Of a DNA stretch of 64,000 nt, positions 11,302 through 21,379 are shown piece by piece. The notes beneath the pieces are model-generated. The model saw only the letters and a list, made by a program, of their open reading frames with translations. It was not told where the DNA came from and ran no database searches. Position 1 is the first letter of the stretch; the number at the start of each line of letters is the position of its first letter. The translations under genes were made by a program, and so were the position numbers. This DNA is from Oscillospiraceae bacterium (GTDB taxonomy: Bacteria; Bacillota; Clostridia; Oscillospirales; Oscillospiraceae): contig SVLZ01000002.1 in the NCBI GenBank assembly GCA_015067665.1, positions 9,603 to 73,602 on the forward strand. Direction: 5' to 3'.

Positions 11302-11378
11302 CCGTTATTTAGCCGCTTACGGCTGGATATAAATATGCATCGCATCCGGTTTTCGGAGCGACAGCAAGGAGGATTCTT

Positions 11379-11966
11379 ATGAAAAACAAAAAAATCGAAC
11401 GGATGGTAGGTATTTCGCTGCTGATTGCAGTTATGCTTGTGCTGCAGTTTTTGGCATCGGTATTTCCCATCAAAATCGGCCCGGTGTCTCTTTCGCTGGT
11501 GCTGATCCCCATTGTACTGGGCGCCGCAACCTACGGTGTGGCAGCCGGTGGTATTTTGGGCGGCGCATTTGGTGTAATGACTTACATCTTCTGTGTCAAC
11601 GGTATGGATGGCGGCGGACATATGGTCTTTCAGGCAAGCCCCATTATGTGCTTCTTTGTCGTCATGGCGAAGGGAATTCTTTGCGGTATGGCTTCCGGTG
11701 CAGTGTACAAAGTTCTGCATAAGAAGAACGGCTACGTTGCAATGCTATGCGCTGCAATTATCTGCCCCGTAGTGAATACCAGTGTGTTCCTTACAGGTAT
11801 GTTCCTCTTCTTTATGGACGTACTGAAATTCTGGGCCGGCGGCAGTGATGTGCTTGGTTATGTTCTGTCAGGGCTGATCCTGATCAATTTTCTTCCGGAG
11901 CTTGGGATCAACATTGCCTTTAGTCCTGCAGGTCAGCGGATCCTCCGCGCCATTAAGAAAAACTAA
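11379..11966 (+). CDS. ECF transporter S component (PanT-like)
   Basis: About six TM helices, 'LVLIPIVLGA...G...G...FG' pattern, PVVNT motif. Confidence 0.75.
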   Translation: MKNKKIERMVGISLLIAVMLVLQFLASVFPIKIGPVSLSLVLIPIVLGAATYGVAAGGILGGAFGVMTYIFCVNGMDGGGHMVFQASPIMCFFVVMAKGILCGMASGAVYKVLHKKNGYVAMLCAAIICPVVNTSVFLTGMFLFFMDVLKFWAGGSDVLGYVLSGLILINFLPELGINIAFSPAGQRILRAIKKN

Positions 11967-11977
11967 ATCTTGTTTTG

Positions 11978-12007
11978 AGTCGTCAGCGAAAGCTGGCGGC
12001 TCTTTTT
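11978..12007 (+). terminator. Intrinsic terminator
   Basis: GAGTCGTCAGC-GAAA-GCTGGCGGCTC followed by TTTTT. Confidence 0.75.
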
Positions 12008-12011
12008 CTAT

Positions 12012-12039
12012 GCATAATTAATTTCGGTGCACATAATCT
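12012..12039 (+). promoter_or_regulatory. Putative sigma-E promoter of the spoIIIA operon
   Basis: GCATAA...CATAATCT resembles the sigma-E -35/-10 pair; spoIIIA is sigma-E controlled in B. subtilis. Confidence 0.5.
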
Positions 12040-12055
12040 TAACTGGGAGGGATGG

Positions 12056-12904
12056 ATGATGACTTGTGCGTGGCAGCCATTGCTGCAGGTATTGCCTCCT
12101 CAGCTAAGAGGTGCGGTCGATACGGTTGGGCGGGACAAGCTGCAGGAGCTTCGCCTGAGGCTGGGAATGCAGCCTGAAATGGTGATGCAGGACGGAAATA
12201 AATGTTTATCTGGCATCGTTAATCAAGAGGTGCTGCAATTCGTGGTCAATGCAGCCTGCCGGTATTCTCCTTGGACAGCTACGACTGCCGCCGATGGCTA
12301 CATAACGGCAAAAGGGGGACATCGCATTGGCCTGTGCGGTGAAGTAACGATAAAAGGAGGCACAATGGCTGAGGTAAACCGTGTCACGTCACTGTGCATC
12401 CGCGTAGCACGGGATTTTCCCGGAATTGCTGCCGGTGCGCCTAAAAGCGGATCGGTGCTGATCATCGGCCGTCCCGGCAGCGGAAAGACCACACTTTTGC
12501 GTGATCTTATCCGTATGCGCTCTGATTGCGGCAAAGGAAGTGTAGCTGTTGTGGACGAGCGTGGGGAGCTGTTTCCCGATTATCAAGGAAACCCTTGTTT
12601 TCTGCCCGGTGCAAGAACGGATGTTCTCTCAGGCTGCCATAAGCGACAGGGAATAGAACTGCTGTTGCGGGCTATGGGACCTACAACCATCGCAGTGGAT
12701 GAAATTACCGCTGAGGAGGACACGATAGGGCTACTGCACGCACTTTGGTGCGGTGTGGATCTCATTGCAACCGCCCATGCCGGCAGCATCACGGAATTTA
12801 TGAAACGTCCGGTGTACAGGCCGTTAATAGACAGCCACGTATTTGAAACGGTCCTTGTAATGCAGCCGGATAAGCGATGGAAGGAAGAGAGGTTACCAAA
12901 ATGA
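12056..12904 (+). CDS. spoIIIAA: Stage III sporulation protein AA (ATPase)
   Basis: GYITAKGGHRIG, GRPGSGKTTLLRD, VDERGE, AVDEI; first gene of an eight-gene cluster. Confidence 0.92.
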   Translation: MMTCAWQPLLQVLPPQLRGAVDTVGRDKLQELRLRLGMQPEMVMQDGNKCLSGIVNQEVLQFVVNAACRYSPWTATTAADGYITAKGGHRIGLCGEVTIKGGTMAEVNRVTSLCIRVARDFPGIAAGAPKSGSVLIIGRPGSGKTTLLRDLIRMRSDCGKGSVAVVDERGELFPDYQGNPCFLPGARTDVLSGCHKRQGIELLLRAMGPTTIAVDEITAEEDTIGLLHALWCGVDLIATAHAGSITEFMKRPVYRPLIDSHVFETVLVMQPDKRWKEERLPK

Positions 12905-13413
12905 CCTGGAAGTGGATCGGTGCCGTACTTGTCATAGTAGGCTGCGGCGGTTTTGGCTTTTTGATCGCAGCCGGTGTCAAACGGGAAGAGCGGTACTTAA
13001 GAGAACTATTGGAGGCAATGGAGTTTATGACTTCCGAGCTCCAGTATCGTATGACACCACTGCCTGAGCTGATCGATCGCGCTGCCTGCCATACCTCCGG
13101 CACGCTTTGGCAAGTGTTTTCGGCACTGGATCGAGAGCTTGCGACACAAATTGCCCCTAACGCAGAAGCCTGTCTGCGCGCAGCGCTGGAAAACACAGAT
13201 GGGATCCCGACCTTAACGGGACGTGTACTGCGTATGTTAGGAAGAAGCCTTGGGAAATTTGATCTCGCGGGTCAAATTTCAGGAATCAATTTTGTAAAGG
13301 ATGCTTGCAGGGAGAACCTAAATAAGCTGCAAAAGGATAAGGCAGAACGCCTTCGCAGTTATCGGACATTAGGTGTCTGTGCCGGGATCGCCCTTGCAAT
13401 TTTGCTGCTTTAA
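12901..13413 (+). CDS. spoIIIAB: Stage III sporulation protein AB
   Basis: KWIGAVLVI N-terminal TM, LGKFDLAGQ, C-terminal YRTLGVCAGIALAILL. Confidence 0.9.
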   Translation: MTWKWIGAVLVIVGCGGFGFLIAAGVKREERYLRELLEAMEFMTSELQYRMTPLPELIDRAACHTSGTLWQVFSALDRELATQIAPNAEACLRAALENTDGIPTLTGRVLRMLGRSLGKFDLAGQISGINFVKDACRENLNKLQKDKAERLRSYRTLGVCAGIALAILLL

Positions 13414-13414
13414 T

Positions 13415-13609
13415 ATGGATATTGACTTAATTTTCAAAATCGCTGCCATTGGTATCATCGTCTCGGTACTCAATCAGGTGCTCAGCAGATCCGGGCGGGA
13501 CGAGCAGGCAACTATGACGACCCTTGCCGGCCTTGTCGTAGTGCTGATGATGGTGGCGCGGGAAATTGCAGAGCTGTTCGACTTGGTTAAAAGCCTATTT
13601 CATTTCTGA
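13415..13609 (+). CDS. spoIIIAC: Stage III sporulation protein AC
   Basis: MDIDLIFKIAAIGIIVSVLNQVL..SGRDEQA. Confidence 0.95.
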   Translation: MDIDLIFKIAAIGIIVSVLNQVLSRSGRDEQATMTTLAGLVVVLMMVAREIAELFDLVKSLFHF

Positions 13610-14004
13610 TGGAGCTGTACATAAAAGCAATTTGCGGGGCGCTGATCGCCCTGCTGCTGTGCCTTATATTAGGAAATCGCGGAAAAGAGACGAGTTTACT
13701 TTTATCACTTCTTGTCTGTGCGATGGTGATCGGTGTGGGTATGTCCTACCTCGGTACAGTGGTTAAATTCTTTACGCGGCTACAAGAAACCATTGGTCTT
13801 AATAACAACCTGCTTGAGATCCTTCTAAAGGCGGTTGGCATAGGGCTTATTGGGGAAATCGCCGGGGTGATCTGTAACGATGCAGGACAAACTGCCCTCG
13901 GAAAGTCGGTACAAATATTAACGGCTGCCGCTATTTTATGGATCGCCTTGCCGCTGTACACACAAATGCTGGACACAATCGAGGAATTGCTGACTGGAAT
14001 ATGA
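13609..14004 (+). CDS. spoIIIAD: Stage III sporulation protein AD
   Basis: LLKAVGIGLIGEIAGVICNDAGQ; operon position. Confidence 0.9.
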   Translation: MELYIKAICGALIALLLCLILGNRGKETSLLLSLLVCAMVIGVGMSYLGTVVKFFTRLQETIGLNNNLLEILLKAVGIGLIGEIAGVICNDAGQTALGKSVQILTAAAILWIALPLYTQMLDTIEELLTGI

Positions 14005-15041
14005 GAAAACTCATTATTTTGCTTATTATTATGCTATTTGTGGCTATCCCGGTATCTGCCATGGAATTTAACGCACCGGAAGTGCCGCAAATTGGAGAAG
14101 ACATGATGCCGTCATCTTACGATAGCTTTGGGGAAGGGCTTTGGTATGTGATCAGAACAGCCCTGAGCATCCTGCAGCCCAGCTTCAAGGTCGCCTGCGG
14201 TACCTGTCTTTCGATTATGGCTGTTATGCTGCTGTCCGGACTGGTGCGCGGTATCTCGGCAGGACAGGAAAATACCATTCGATTGGTAGAAACGCTGATG
14301 ATCACCTGTCTTTTTCTGCAGAGCGGTGAGACCTTCATTCAGTTAAGCCGAGAGGTCATCTACGAAATCAGCAACTACGGAAAATTACTGCTGCCCGTTA
14401 TGGCAGCTTCCTTGGCGGCACAAGGCGGTGTCACCGGAGCAGCGGGTATCTATGGGGGGACGCTGCTGTTCGACACGGTGCTGACCTCAGCGATCACAAA
14501 ACTCCTCATTCCAATGGTTTATATCTTTATTGCGCTGTCTGTTGCAGGCGGGGGATTTGACAGCGATGCCCTAAAGGAAGGGAAGGCCTTTGTAAAATGG
14601 CTGATGACTTGGGTGCTGAAGATCATACTCTATGTCTTTACCGGCTATATTGGAATTACCGGTGTGGTCAGCGGAACAGCAGATGCAGCAGCTGTTAAAG
14701 CGGCAAAAATTGCTATCTCCGGCTTTGTGCCGGTGGTGGGCGGTATCATTTCCGATGCTTCGGAGACCATCTTGATCAGCGCAGGTGTTATGAAAAACAC
14801 AGTGGGCATATACGGCCTATTGGCGGTGATGGCTGTGTCGATCGGTCCTTTTTTACAGATTGGGACCCAATATGTGCTGCTGAAGCTCACAGCAGCCGCA
14901 GGAAGCGTGGTTTCCGGTAAAGGCAGCAGTAGTCTGCTTCGGGATTTGTGCAGCGCTATGGGCTTTCTGCTGGCTATGACCGGGGCTGTGTGTCTGATGC
15001 TGCTGATCAGCATTGTCTGCTTTATGAAAGGAGTGGGCTGA
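14001..15041 (+). CDS. spoIIIAE: Stage III sporulation protein AE
   Basis: Multi-TM protein; FVPVVGGIISDA, KNTVGIYG. Confidence 0.92.
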   Translation: MRKLIILLIIMLFVAIPVSAMEFNAPEVPQIGEDMMPSSYDSFGEGLWYVIRTALSILQPSFKVACGTCLSIMAVMLLSGLVRGISAGQENTIRLVETLMITCLFLQSGETFIQLSREVIYEISNYGKLLLPVMAASLAAQGGVTGAAGIYGGTLLFDTVLTSAITKLLIPMVYIFIALSVAGGGFDSDALKEGKAFVKWLMTWVLKIILYVFTGYIGITGVVSGTADAAAVKAAKIAISGFVPVVGGIISDASETILISAGVMKNTVGIYGLLAVMAVSIGPFLQIGTQYVLLKLTAAAGSVVSGKGSSSLLRDLCSAMGFLLAMTGAVCLMLLISIVCFMKGVG

Positions 15042-15526
15042 TGGAAGGGCTGCGGACATATATCCTTAGTGTAGTTGCGTCTGCCGTTATTTGCAGCGGT
15101 CTGCGGGCGCTCTTTGGGGAAAAAGGCAGCACCGCTTCATTACTTCGAACCATCTGCGGCATTTATATGGCTTTTGTTTTGGTTTCCCCCCTTAGGAATG
15201 TTGATTTTTCTATATATTCTGACTATTTTACAGGTTTTATGGAGGAAGCGCAGACAGCAGTGCTTGACGGAGAAAATGTGGCACTTAAGGAGCTAAGAGA
15301 ACGCATAAAAGAAGAGACAGAATCATATATCTTAGACAAAGCGGTCAGCTTAGGCGCCGATGTCTCTGTGGAGGTTTCTCTTGCCGGAAGCACACCGCCC
15401 GCACCAAATAAAATCACTATAAAGGGGGCGGTATCTCCATATGTGAAAAAAGTGCTGAGTCGTTACATCAAAGAGCAGTTAGGGATACCAGAGGAGGCGC
15501 AAATTTGGATACAAAGCGCAGCTTGA
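15041..15526 (+). CDS. spoIIIAF: Stage III sporulation protein AF
   Basis: Two N-terminal TM segments; operon position. Confidence 0.8.
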   Translation: MEGLRTYILSVVASAVICSGLRALFGEKGSTASLLRTICGIYMAFVLVSPLRNVDFSIYSDYFTGFMEEAQTAVLDGENVALKELRERIKEETESYILDKAVSLGADVSVEVSLAGSTPPAPNKITIKGAVSPYVKKVLSRYIKEQLGIPEEAQIWIQSAA

Positions 15527-16008
15527 TAAAAATTGGGGACGTACTTAAGAAATACAAGTATGCCTGTATTGTTTTACTTGCCGGCATATTGCTGATGCTG
15601 TTGCCTGTGGGCGGGAAAACAACACAGCCGCAAGAAAAGATCCCGCAGGAGAAAGAAGCTGTTTCCATCGAAGACCGATTGGTGGACATTCTGGGGCAGA
15701 TTCGAGGCGCAGGCCGTGTCCGGGTGATGCTCACGGTGGCAAGCGGAGAGGAAACGATTTATCAGTCCGATCAAAATCAAACCACGGACGGAAACGGCAG
15801 CACCAGCCAAAAAGACACCGTCACAGTGACAGACAAAGACCGTGGGCAAAGCGGACTGATCATGCAGGTAAATCCACCAAAGTATCAAGGTGCGCTGGTT
15901 GTCTGCCAAGGCGCAGATGATGCCGCTGTTCGTCTTGCGATTGCAGAGGCAGTTTCAGGACTTACCGGCTTGGGAATGGATAAGATCACAATTGCAAAAA
16001 TGAAATAG
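15505..16008 (+). CDS. spoIIIAG: Stage III sporulation protein AG
   Basis: LGQIRGAGRVRVMLT, GALVVCQGAD. Confidence 0.9.
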   Translation: MDTKRSLIKIGDVLKKYKYACIVLLAGILLMLLPVGGKTTQPQEKIPQEKEAVSIEDRLVDILGQIRGAGRVRVMLTVASGEETIYQSDQNQTTDGNGSTSQKDTVTVTDKDRGQSGLIMQVNPPKYQGALVVCQGADDAAVRLAIAEAVSGLTGLGMDKITIAKMK

Positions 16009-16022
16009 GGGAGGCATTGCGT

Positions 16023-16559
16023 ATGAAAATTTGGAAGAAAAACCTGATCGCCGCAGCTGTACTGCTGGCGGTCTGCGGAGGCATTTACGTAAATTGGCTT
16101 TATGGAGAGGACCAGACGGTGGCAGACCTCACGGACACCCTTGACAGCGATAAGCTATTAAACTCAGATGTTGTTATGGGTGATGGGGCAGGGGATAGCG
16201 ACACTACCCTCAGTAGCTATTTCGCTGCTGTCCGTCTTTCCCGTCAGCAGGCGCGTGACAGCGCAGTAAGTCTTTTACAGGAAGCGATGGCATACGGGGA
16301 TGATGTTGAAGCGGCGCAAACCAGTAAGCAATTAGAGGAGATCGTGCAATCTGCGCTCTGTGAAGCGCAGATTGAAAGCTTGGTAATTGCCAAGGGCTAT
16401 GCAGACTGTGTGGCGTACATCAGTGAAGATGGCATCTCGGTTGCCGTTGCCTCTCCGGAGGGTGGCATCCAGCAGAGCGATGTCGCAGTTATCACAGACA
16501 TCATTTTATCCCAATCTGCATTTACGATGCAGGACATTCGGGTCGTAGAGGTTCCATAA
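16023..16559 (+). CDS. spoIIIAH: Stage III sporulation protein AH
   Basis: YFAAVRLSRQQARD, IESLVIAKGY. Confidence 0.9.
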   Translation: MKIWKKNLIAAAVLLAVCGGIYVNWLYGEDQTVADLTDTLDSDKLLNSDVVMGDGAGDSDTTLSSYFAAVRLSRQQARDSAVSLLQEAMAYGDDVEAAQTSKQLEEIVQSALCEAQIESLVIAKGYADCVAYISEDGISVAVASPEGGIQQSDVAVITDIILSQSAFTMQDIRVVEVP

Positions 16560-16686
16560 TTGCCGCTCCCACGACGAATTTCCGTTGTGGGGGCTTCTTT
16601 TATGAAGAAAACAGTTGTAATTTTTGAAATATGGTGGTAGAATATAACAGAATATTATTAAATCAAACAATTAGGAGGATACCGCT

Positions 16687-17052
16687 ATGGCAGATAGCAA
16701 GCAGTATATTGAGCAGGCACAGGAAAACGGTGTCGTTATGATTTCCGAGGACGTAATTGCAACCATCGTTTCTCAGGCTATTTCCGAGGTAGACGGTGTG
16801 ATCGGTCTCAGTGCCAAGCCCGGTGCCGATATTGCTGAAATCATCGGCAAGAAGAACTGGGGCAAAGGTATGAAGATCTCTATCAGCGACAATAAGCTGA
16901 CTGTTGACTGCAACGTCGTGATCGGTTACGGTCAGAATGTGGTTACCGTCGCAGCCGCTGCACAAAATGCAATCGGCAATGCACTGGAATCTATGGCAAA
17001 CATTAAGGTTGGCGCTGTCAATATCAACATCTGTGGCATTATCCGTCAGTGA
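16687..17052 (+). CDS. Asp23/Gls24 family envelope stress protein (YqhY-like)
   Basis: GVVMISEDVIATI...EVDGV; located between spoIIIAH and nusB. Confidence 0.9.
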   Translation: MADSKQYIEQAQENGVVMISEDVIATIVSQAISEVDGVIGLSAKPGADIAEIIGKKNWGKGMKISISDNKLTVDCNVVIGYGQNVVTVAAAAQNAIGNALESMANIKVGAVNINICGIIRQ

Positions 17053-17060
17053 GGTAAACG

Positions 17061-17513
17061 ATGACAAGAGGTGACGCCAGAGAACTGGCTGTACATTTGA
17101 TCTACGCGCGGGAATTTACCGGTGAAACCCCTGAGGAGCTGATCCGTACCCGGCTGGATCACGCATACTATACGGGCCTGTCGCAGGATAACGAGATTTA
17201 TACGGACCGTCCCGGTAAAGGCCTGCGGACTTATATTGACACCGTAGTGTCCGGTGTTGCCCGGGAAGTGGACGCGCTCAATGCGTATATTGCAAAGTAC
17301 TCCATCGGCTGGGATGTCTCCCGCATTTCCCGTTTGGCCCGTGCTGTGATGCAGCTTGCCATTTATGAAGTGCTGCATCTGGAGGACGTGCCTACCGGTG
17401 TTGCGATTTCCGAAGCAGTCCGTATCGCGAAAAAATACGACGGTGACGATACCGGTGCCTTTGTTAACGGCATTTTGGGCTCGTTTGCCAGAGGAATAAA
17501 TACTGAGGTATGA
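17061..17513 (+). CDS. nusB: Transcription antitermination factor NusB
   Basis: TRGDARELA, VAISEAVRIAKKY, FVNGILG. Confidence 0.95.
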   Translation: MTRGDARELAVHLIYAREFTGETPEELIRTRLDHAYYTGLSQDNEIYTDRPGKGLRTYIDTVVSGVAREVDALNAYIAKYSIGWDVSRISRLARAVMQLAIYEVLHLEDVPTGVAISEAVRIAKKYDGDDTGAFVNGILGSFARGINTEV

Positions 17514-18445
17514 CCATGGGTGTCATCGGTTTTGATACCAGCAATTACACAACTTCTATCGCATATTTTGACGGTACAGATGGCGAAAATGTGTCCCAGC
17601 TTCTTCCTGTCAAGGAGGGCGAATTGGGACTGCGCCAAAGTGATGCCGTATTTCATCATACGAAAAGCCTGCCGGACTTGTCTGACAGGCTGTTTTCGCG
17701 TTTGAAAAAGCGCGAAATCTCCGCGATCGGTGTCAGTACGCGCCCCCGTGCCGTGGAAGGGAGCTATATGCCCTGCTTTATGGTTGGCTACTCTCACGGG
17801 GCGGTACTGGCCGACGCGTTCGGTGTACCGCTCTTTACCTGCTCTCACCAGCAGGGGCATGTGGCTGCCGCTTTATGGAGTGCCGGAAGAATGGACTTGA
17901 TGGATACGCCCCACCTTGCCTGGCACCTGTCCGGCGGTACCACGGAGCTTTTATTGGTGACACCAAAGGGCAGGAATGTAGACTGTCAGGTCATCGGCGG
18001 GACAACGGATATTTCCGCCGGTCAGCTGATCGATCGCACGGGAGTAATGCTTGGACTGCCGTTCCCGGCTGGGAAAAGCTTAGATTCTCTTAGTGATAAT
18101 GCGGAAAAAACGGACTTTTTCCGGGTCAAATGCCAGGATATGCGTTTCTCCCTTTCCGGCGTGCAGAATAAAGTACAGCAATATTTATCCTCAGGGAATA
18201 CGCCTGCGGATACTGCAGCCTATGCGCTCCGCAGCGTAATTTCCGCCGTGGTGCAGGCAACCTGTCAGGCGCAAAAGGTATATCCGGAACTGCCTGTTGT
18301 CTTCTCCGGCGGCGTGGCTTCCAATCGTCTCTTACGCATCGAAACAGCCGATTTGCACCCGGTTTTTGCCGAGCCAAAATACTCCACCGACAATGCGATG
18401 GGTGTAGCTATTTTGACCCACCGTCATATGGAGGGTAGCCTATGA
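17510..18445 (+). CDS. TsaD/Kae1-like (glycoprotease family) paralog
   Basis: GFDTSNYTTS, SHQQGH, LSGGTT, DISAGQLIDR, GGVASN, TDNA. Confidence 0.85.
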   Translation: MTMGVIGFDTSNYTTSIAYFDGTDGENVSQLLPVKEGELGLRQSDAVFHHTKSLPDLSDRLFSRLKKREISAIGVSTRPRAVEGSYMPCFMVGYSHGAVLADAFGVPLFTCSHQQGHVAAALWSAGRMDLMDTPHLAWHLSGGTTELLLVTPKGRNVDCQVIGGTTDISAGQLIDRTGVMLGLPFPAGKSLDSLSDNAEKTDFFRVKCQDMRFSLSGVQNKVQQYLSSGNTPADTAAYALRSVISAVVQATCQAQKVYPELPVVFSGGVASNRLLRIETADLHPVFAEPKYSTDNAMGVAILTHRHMEGSL

Positions 18446-19668
18446 ACCGCCAAGTGATCTCTGTTGGGCAGATCAATGAATATCTGCGGACAGTTATGGA
18501 CCGTGATCCTAATCTTCAATCCCTTGCAATCCGTGGCGAAATCAGCAACTATAAGGTCTATCCCTCCGGACATCATTACTTTACCCTGAAAGATGAGACC
18601 GGGTCGCTGAAATGTGTGATGTTCCGCAGCTACGCGGGCAGCCTTAAATTCCGCCCGGAAAACGGTATGAAGATTGTGGCAATGGGTCGCATTACCGTCT
18701 TTCCCCGGGATGGCGCCTATCAGCTTTACTGTACCGGGATGATCCCAGACGGCGTTGGCGATTTGTATGTTGCCTTTGAGCAGCTGAAAAAGAGGCTGCA
18801 GGAGCAAGGACTTTTTGACCCCGCCCATAAGAAGCCAATTCCTAAATATCCGGGCTTTATTTGTATTATTACAAGCGAAGCCGGTGCAGCGGTCCACGAT
18901 ATGCTCCGGGTTCTGAATAAACGCTATCCGCTGACAAAGGTGCGCCTTTTACCTGTCCGCGTGCAAGGTGCGGAAGCACCCGAGGAGATCGCATCTGCTG
19001 TCCGCTATGCCAACTATTATCAGCTTGGTGATCTTCTGATCGTTGGTCGCGGCGGTGGCTCTATGGAGGATCTTTGGGCATTTAACGATGAGCGCGTAGC
19101 ACGCGCCATCTATGATTCAGAAATCCCGGTGATTTCCGCTGTGGGTCACGAGCCGGATATAACCATTTCCGATTTCGTTGCTGACCTGCGGGCAGCTACA
19201 CCCTCCAACGGCGCAGAATTGGCTGTGCCGGATAAGGAAGCGTTGCAGCAGAATCTGGACGGAATGCTCTCTTCTATGCAAAGTGTGATGGTAAAGCGCA
19301 TCCTTTCCGCCCGCCGCCATTTGCAGGTACTGTCTGACAGCAACGCCATGAAAGGCCCGGAGGCGGCGATCACCATCCGTCGTAACAATTTGCAGCACCT
19401 ATCTCAGCGGCTGATGGCCGCGGAAGATCGGATCACAAGCAGAAAACGAATGCAGTTTTCCGCCTGTACTGCTAAATTGGATGCACTCAGCCCGCTCAAG
19501 GTGCTGTCCCGCGGCTATGCCATCACCCAAAAGATCGATGGAACTGTGCTTCGGTCCGTTACCGATGCTAAACCGAACGATCACCTTACGATTACTTTGG
19601 CAGATGGCAAGATTTCAACCGTTATAGAGGCTGTAAAGGAGAATGAAAATGGCGAAATTAAGTTTTGA
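18442..19668 (+). CDS. xseA: Exodeoxyribonuclease VII large subunit
   Basis: GEISN..SGHHYFTLKD, GRGGGSMEDLWAFN, SAVGHE, ATPS. Confidence 0.97.
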   Translation: MNRQVISVGQINEYLRTVMDRDPNLQSLAIRGEISNYKVYPSGHHYFTLKDETGSLKCVMFRSYAGSLKFRPENGMKIVAMGRITVFPRDGAYQLYCTGMIPDGVGDLYVAFEQLKKRLQEQGLFDPAHKKPIPKYPGFICIITSEAGAAVHDMLRVLNKRYPLTKVRLLPVRVQGAEAPEEIASAVRYANYYQLGDLLIVGRGGGSMEDLWAFNDERVARAIYDSEIPVISAVGHEPDITISDFVADLRAATPSNGAELAVPDKEALQQNLDGMLSSMQSVMVKRILSARRHLQVLSDSNAMKGPEAAITIRRNNLQHLSQRLMAAEDRITSRKRMQFSACTAKLDALSPLKVLSRGYAITQKIDGTVLRSVTDAKPNDHLTITLADGKISTVIEAVKENENGEIKF

Positions 19669-19876
19669 AGAAAATATGATGCGTCTGGAGCAGATCGTGC
19701 GTACGCTTGAAAAGGGCGACGCTCCCCTTGAAGACTCCCTGAAGCTCTTTCAGGAGGGCACTGCACTGGTCGCAAGCTGCGGAAAACTGCTGGACGAAGC
19801 AGAGCTTACCGTGAAAAAGATCGTCCCCAGCGCGGACGGCACGCCCACGGAGGAGAATTTCGATTATGCTGAATAA
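19649..19876 (+). CDS. xseB: Exodeoxyribonuclease VII small subunit
   Basis: SFEENMMRLEQIVRTLE, LEDSLKLFQEG. Confidence 0.95.
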   Translation: MAKLSFEENMMRLEQIVRTLEKGDAPLEDSLKLFQEGTALVASCGKLLDEAELTVKKIVPSADGTPTEENFDYAE

Positions 19877-20735
19877 CCGTACTGCGGAATATACCGCTTT
19901 TATTGAGAAGTACTTGCAGGAAAACTGCGTAAATTACTCCAAAATACCCCAAAAGACCTTGATCGACGCTATGCGTTACAGTCTGCTGGCAGGCGGTAAA
20001 CGACTGCGTCCTATCCTTGTTCTTGACTTTTGCCGGATGTGCGGCGGAGATTGGCAGAGTGCCGCTCCCTTTGCTGCCGCGCTGGAAATGATCCATACAT
20101 ACAGCCTGATTCACGATGATTTGCCCTGTATGGACAATGACGACCTCCGCCGCGGTAGACCCACCAATCACAAGGTCTACGGAGAGGCGATGGCCGTTCT
20201 CGCCGGTGATGCGCTGCTGACGGAAGCCTTTACAATGGTGGCTTCTGCACCTTTTGATGCTGAAACAATAATCCGTGCTGTTACAGTGCTTGCAGAGTGT
20301 GCCGGTGCCCTTGGAATGGTAGGCGGTCAGGTGCTGGACATTCAGAGTGAAACAAGAGAATGCACCGAGCAAGAAGTACTGAATATTCAGGAACGAAAGA
20401 CCGGCGCGCTGATCAAAGCTGCCTGTGTCTTGGGTGTTCTTGCCGGCGGTGGAACAGAAGAGCAAATCGTCTGGGCAGGAAAATTTGCCCGTCATTTAGG
20501 ACTTGCTTTCCAAATTCGGGACGATATTCTGGATGTAATCGGTACGGAAGAAGAAATGGGTAAAGCGGTCGGTACAGATGCCGGCAAGAATACCTTTGTT
20601 GCCCTTCACGGGCTTGATATTTGCAAGGGAATGGTAAAATCCCAAACCGCCGCGGCTATGGACTGCCTTTTCTTCTTTGAGAACAACGAATATATGCTAT
20701 CTCTCGCGCAGAGTCTTACCGACCGCACAAACTAA
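19866..20735 (+). CDS. ispA: Polyprenyl (farnesyl) diphosphate synthase
   Basis: GGKRLRP, HDDLPCMDNDD, FQIRDDILD. Confidence 0.95.
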   Translation: MLNNRTAEYTAFIEKYLQENCVNYSKIPQKTLIDAMRYSLLAGGKRLRPILVLDFCRMCGGDWQSAAPFAAALEMIHTYSLIHDDLPCMDNDDLRRGRPTNHKVYGEAMAVLAGDALLTEAFTMVASAPFDAETIIRAVTVLAECAGALGMVGGQVLDIQSETRECTEQEVLNIQERKTGALIKAACVLGVLAGGGTEEQIVWAGKFARHLGLAFQIRDDILDVIGTEEEMGKAVGTDAGKNTFVALHGLDICKGMVKSQTAAAMDCLFFFENNEYMLSLAQSLTDRTN

Positions 20736-20752
20736 TTTCCTGGGAAATATGT

Positions 20753-20782
20753 AACGCAGACCCAACCGGGTCTGCGTTTTTT
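20753..20782. terminator. Terminator between convergent ispA and cotJC
   Basis: AACGCAGACCC-AACC-GGGTCTGCGTT hairpin with a T run. Confidence 0.7.
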
Positions 20783-21377
20783 ACATATCCAAGGCTGGAT
20801 TCATATAGTAGACATTCTTTTTGTTCAGCTTTTCCCGCAGGAGCTCCATCGCCTCTCCGAAGCGCTGGAAGTGGACGACCTCCCGCTCCCGGAGGAACTT
20901 GATAACATTATTTACGTCCGGATCGTCAGACAAACGGAGAATGTTATCGTAGGTCACTCTCGCTTTCTGCTCTGCGCCCATATCCTCAGTCAGATCTGCA
21001 ATGGGATCGCCTTTGACAGCAATGGTCGCCGCAGTCCACGGGGTACCGGAGGCAAATTGGGGGTAGACACCCGTTGTATGGTCAACGAAGTAAGGGGCAA
21101 ATGCAGAATCCTGAATCTGACTGTCTTTAAGATTACGGGTCAGCTGATGGACCATAGCACCTACCATCTCTAAATGCCCCAGCTCCTCCACACCGATGTC
21201 TGTAAGAAGGCCCTTGAGCTCATCAAATGGCATACTGTAGCGCTGCGACAGATACCGCAGCGATGCGCCCAGCTCCCCGTCAGGACCGCCGTACTGACTG
21301 ATAATAATGGACGCGAGGCGAGGATTGGGATGGTCAATTTTTACCGGGTACTGAAGCTTTTTATCATAAATAAACAT
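20781..21377 (-). CDS. cotJC: Manganese catalase family spore coat protein CotJC
   Basis: MFIYDKKLQYPV, QYGGPDGELGA, EELGHLE, REREVVHFQRF. Confidence 0.95.
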   Translation of the reverse strand: MFIYDKKLQYPVKIDHPNPRLASIIISQYGGPDGELGASLRYLSQRYSMPFDELKGLLTDIGVEELGHLEMVGAMVHQLTRNLKDSQIQDSAFAPYFVDHTTGVYPQFASGTPWTAATIAVKGDPIADLTEDMGAEQKARVTYDNILRLSDDPDVNNVIKFLREREVVHFQRFGEAMELLREKLNKKNVYYMNPALDM

Positions 21378-21379
21378 AC

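Noticed and set aside
11302-11378. Possible riboswitch upstream of the ECF S-component gene
   Set aside because: Only 77 bp, weak pairing, no terminator and no aptamer consensus I can recognise
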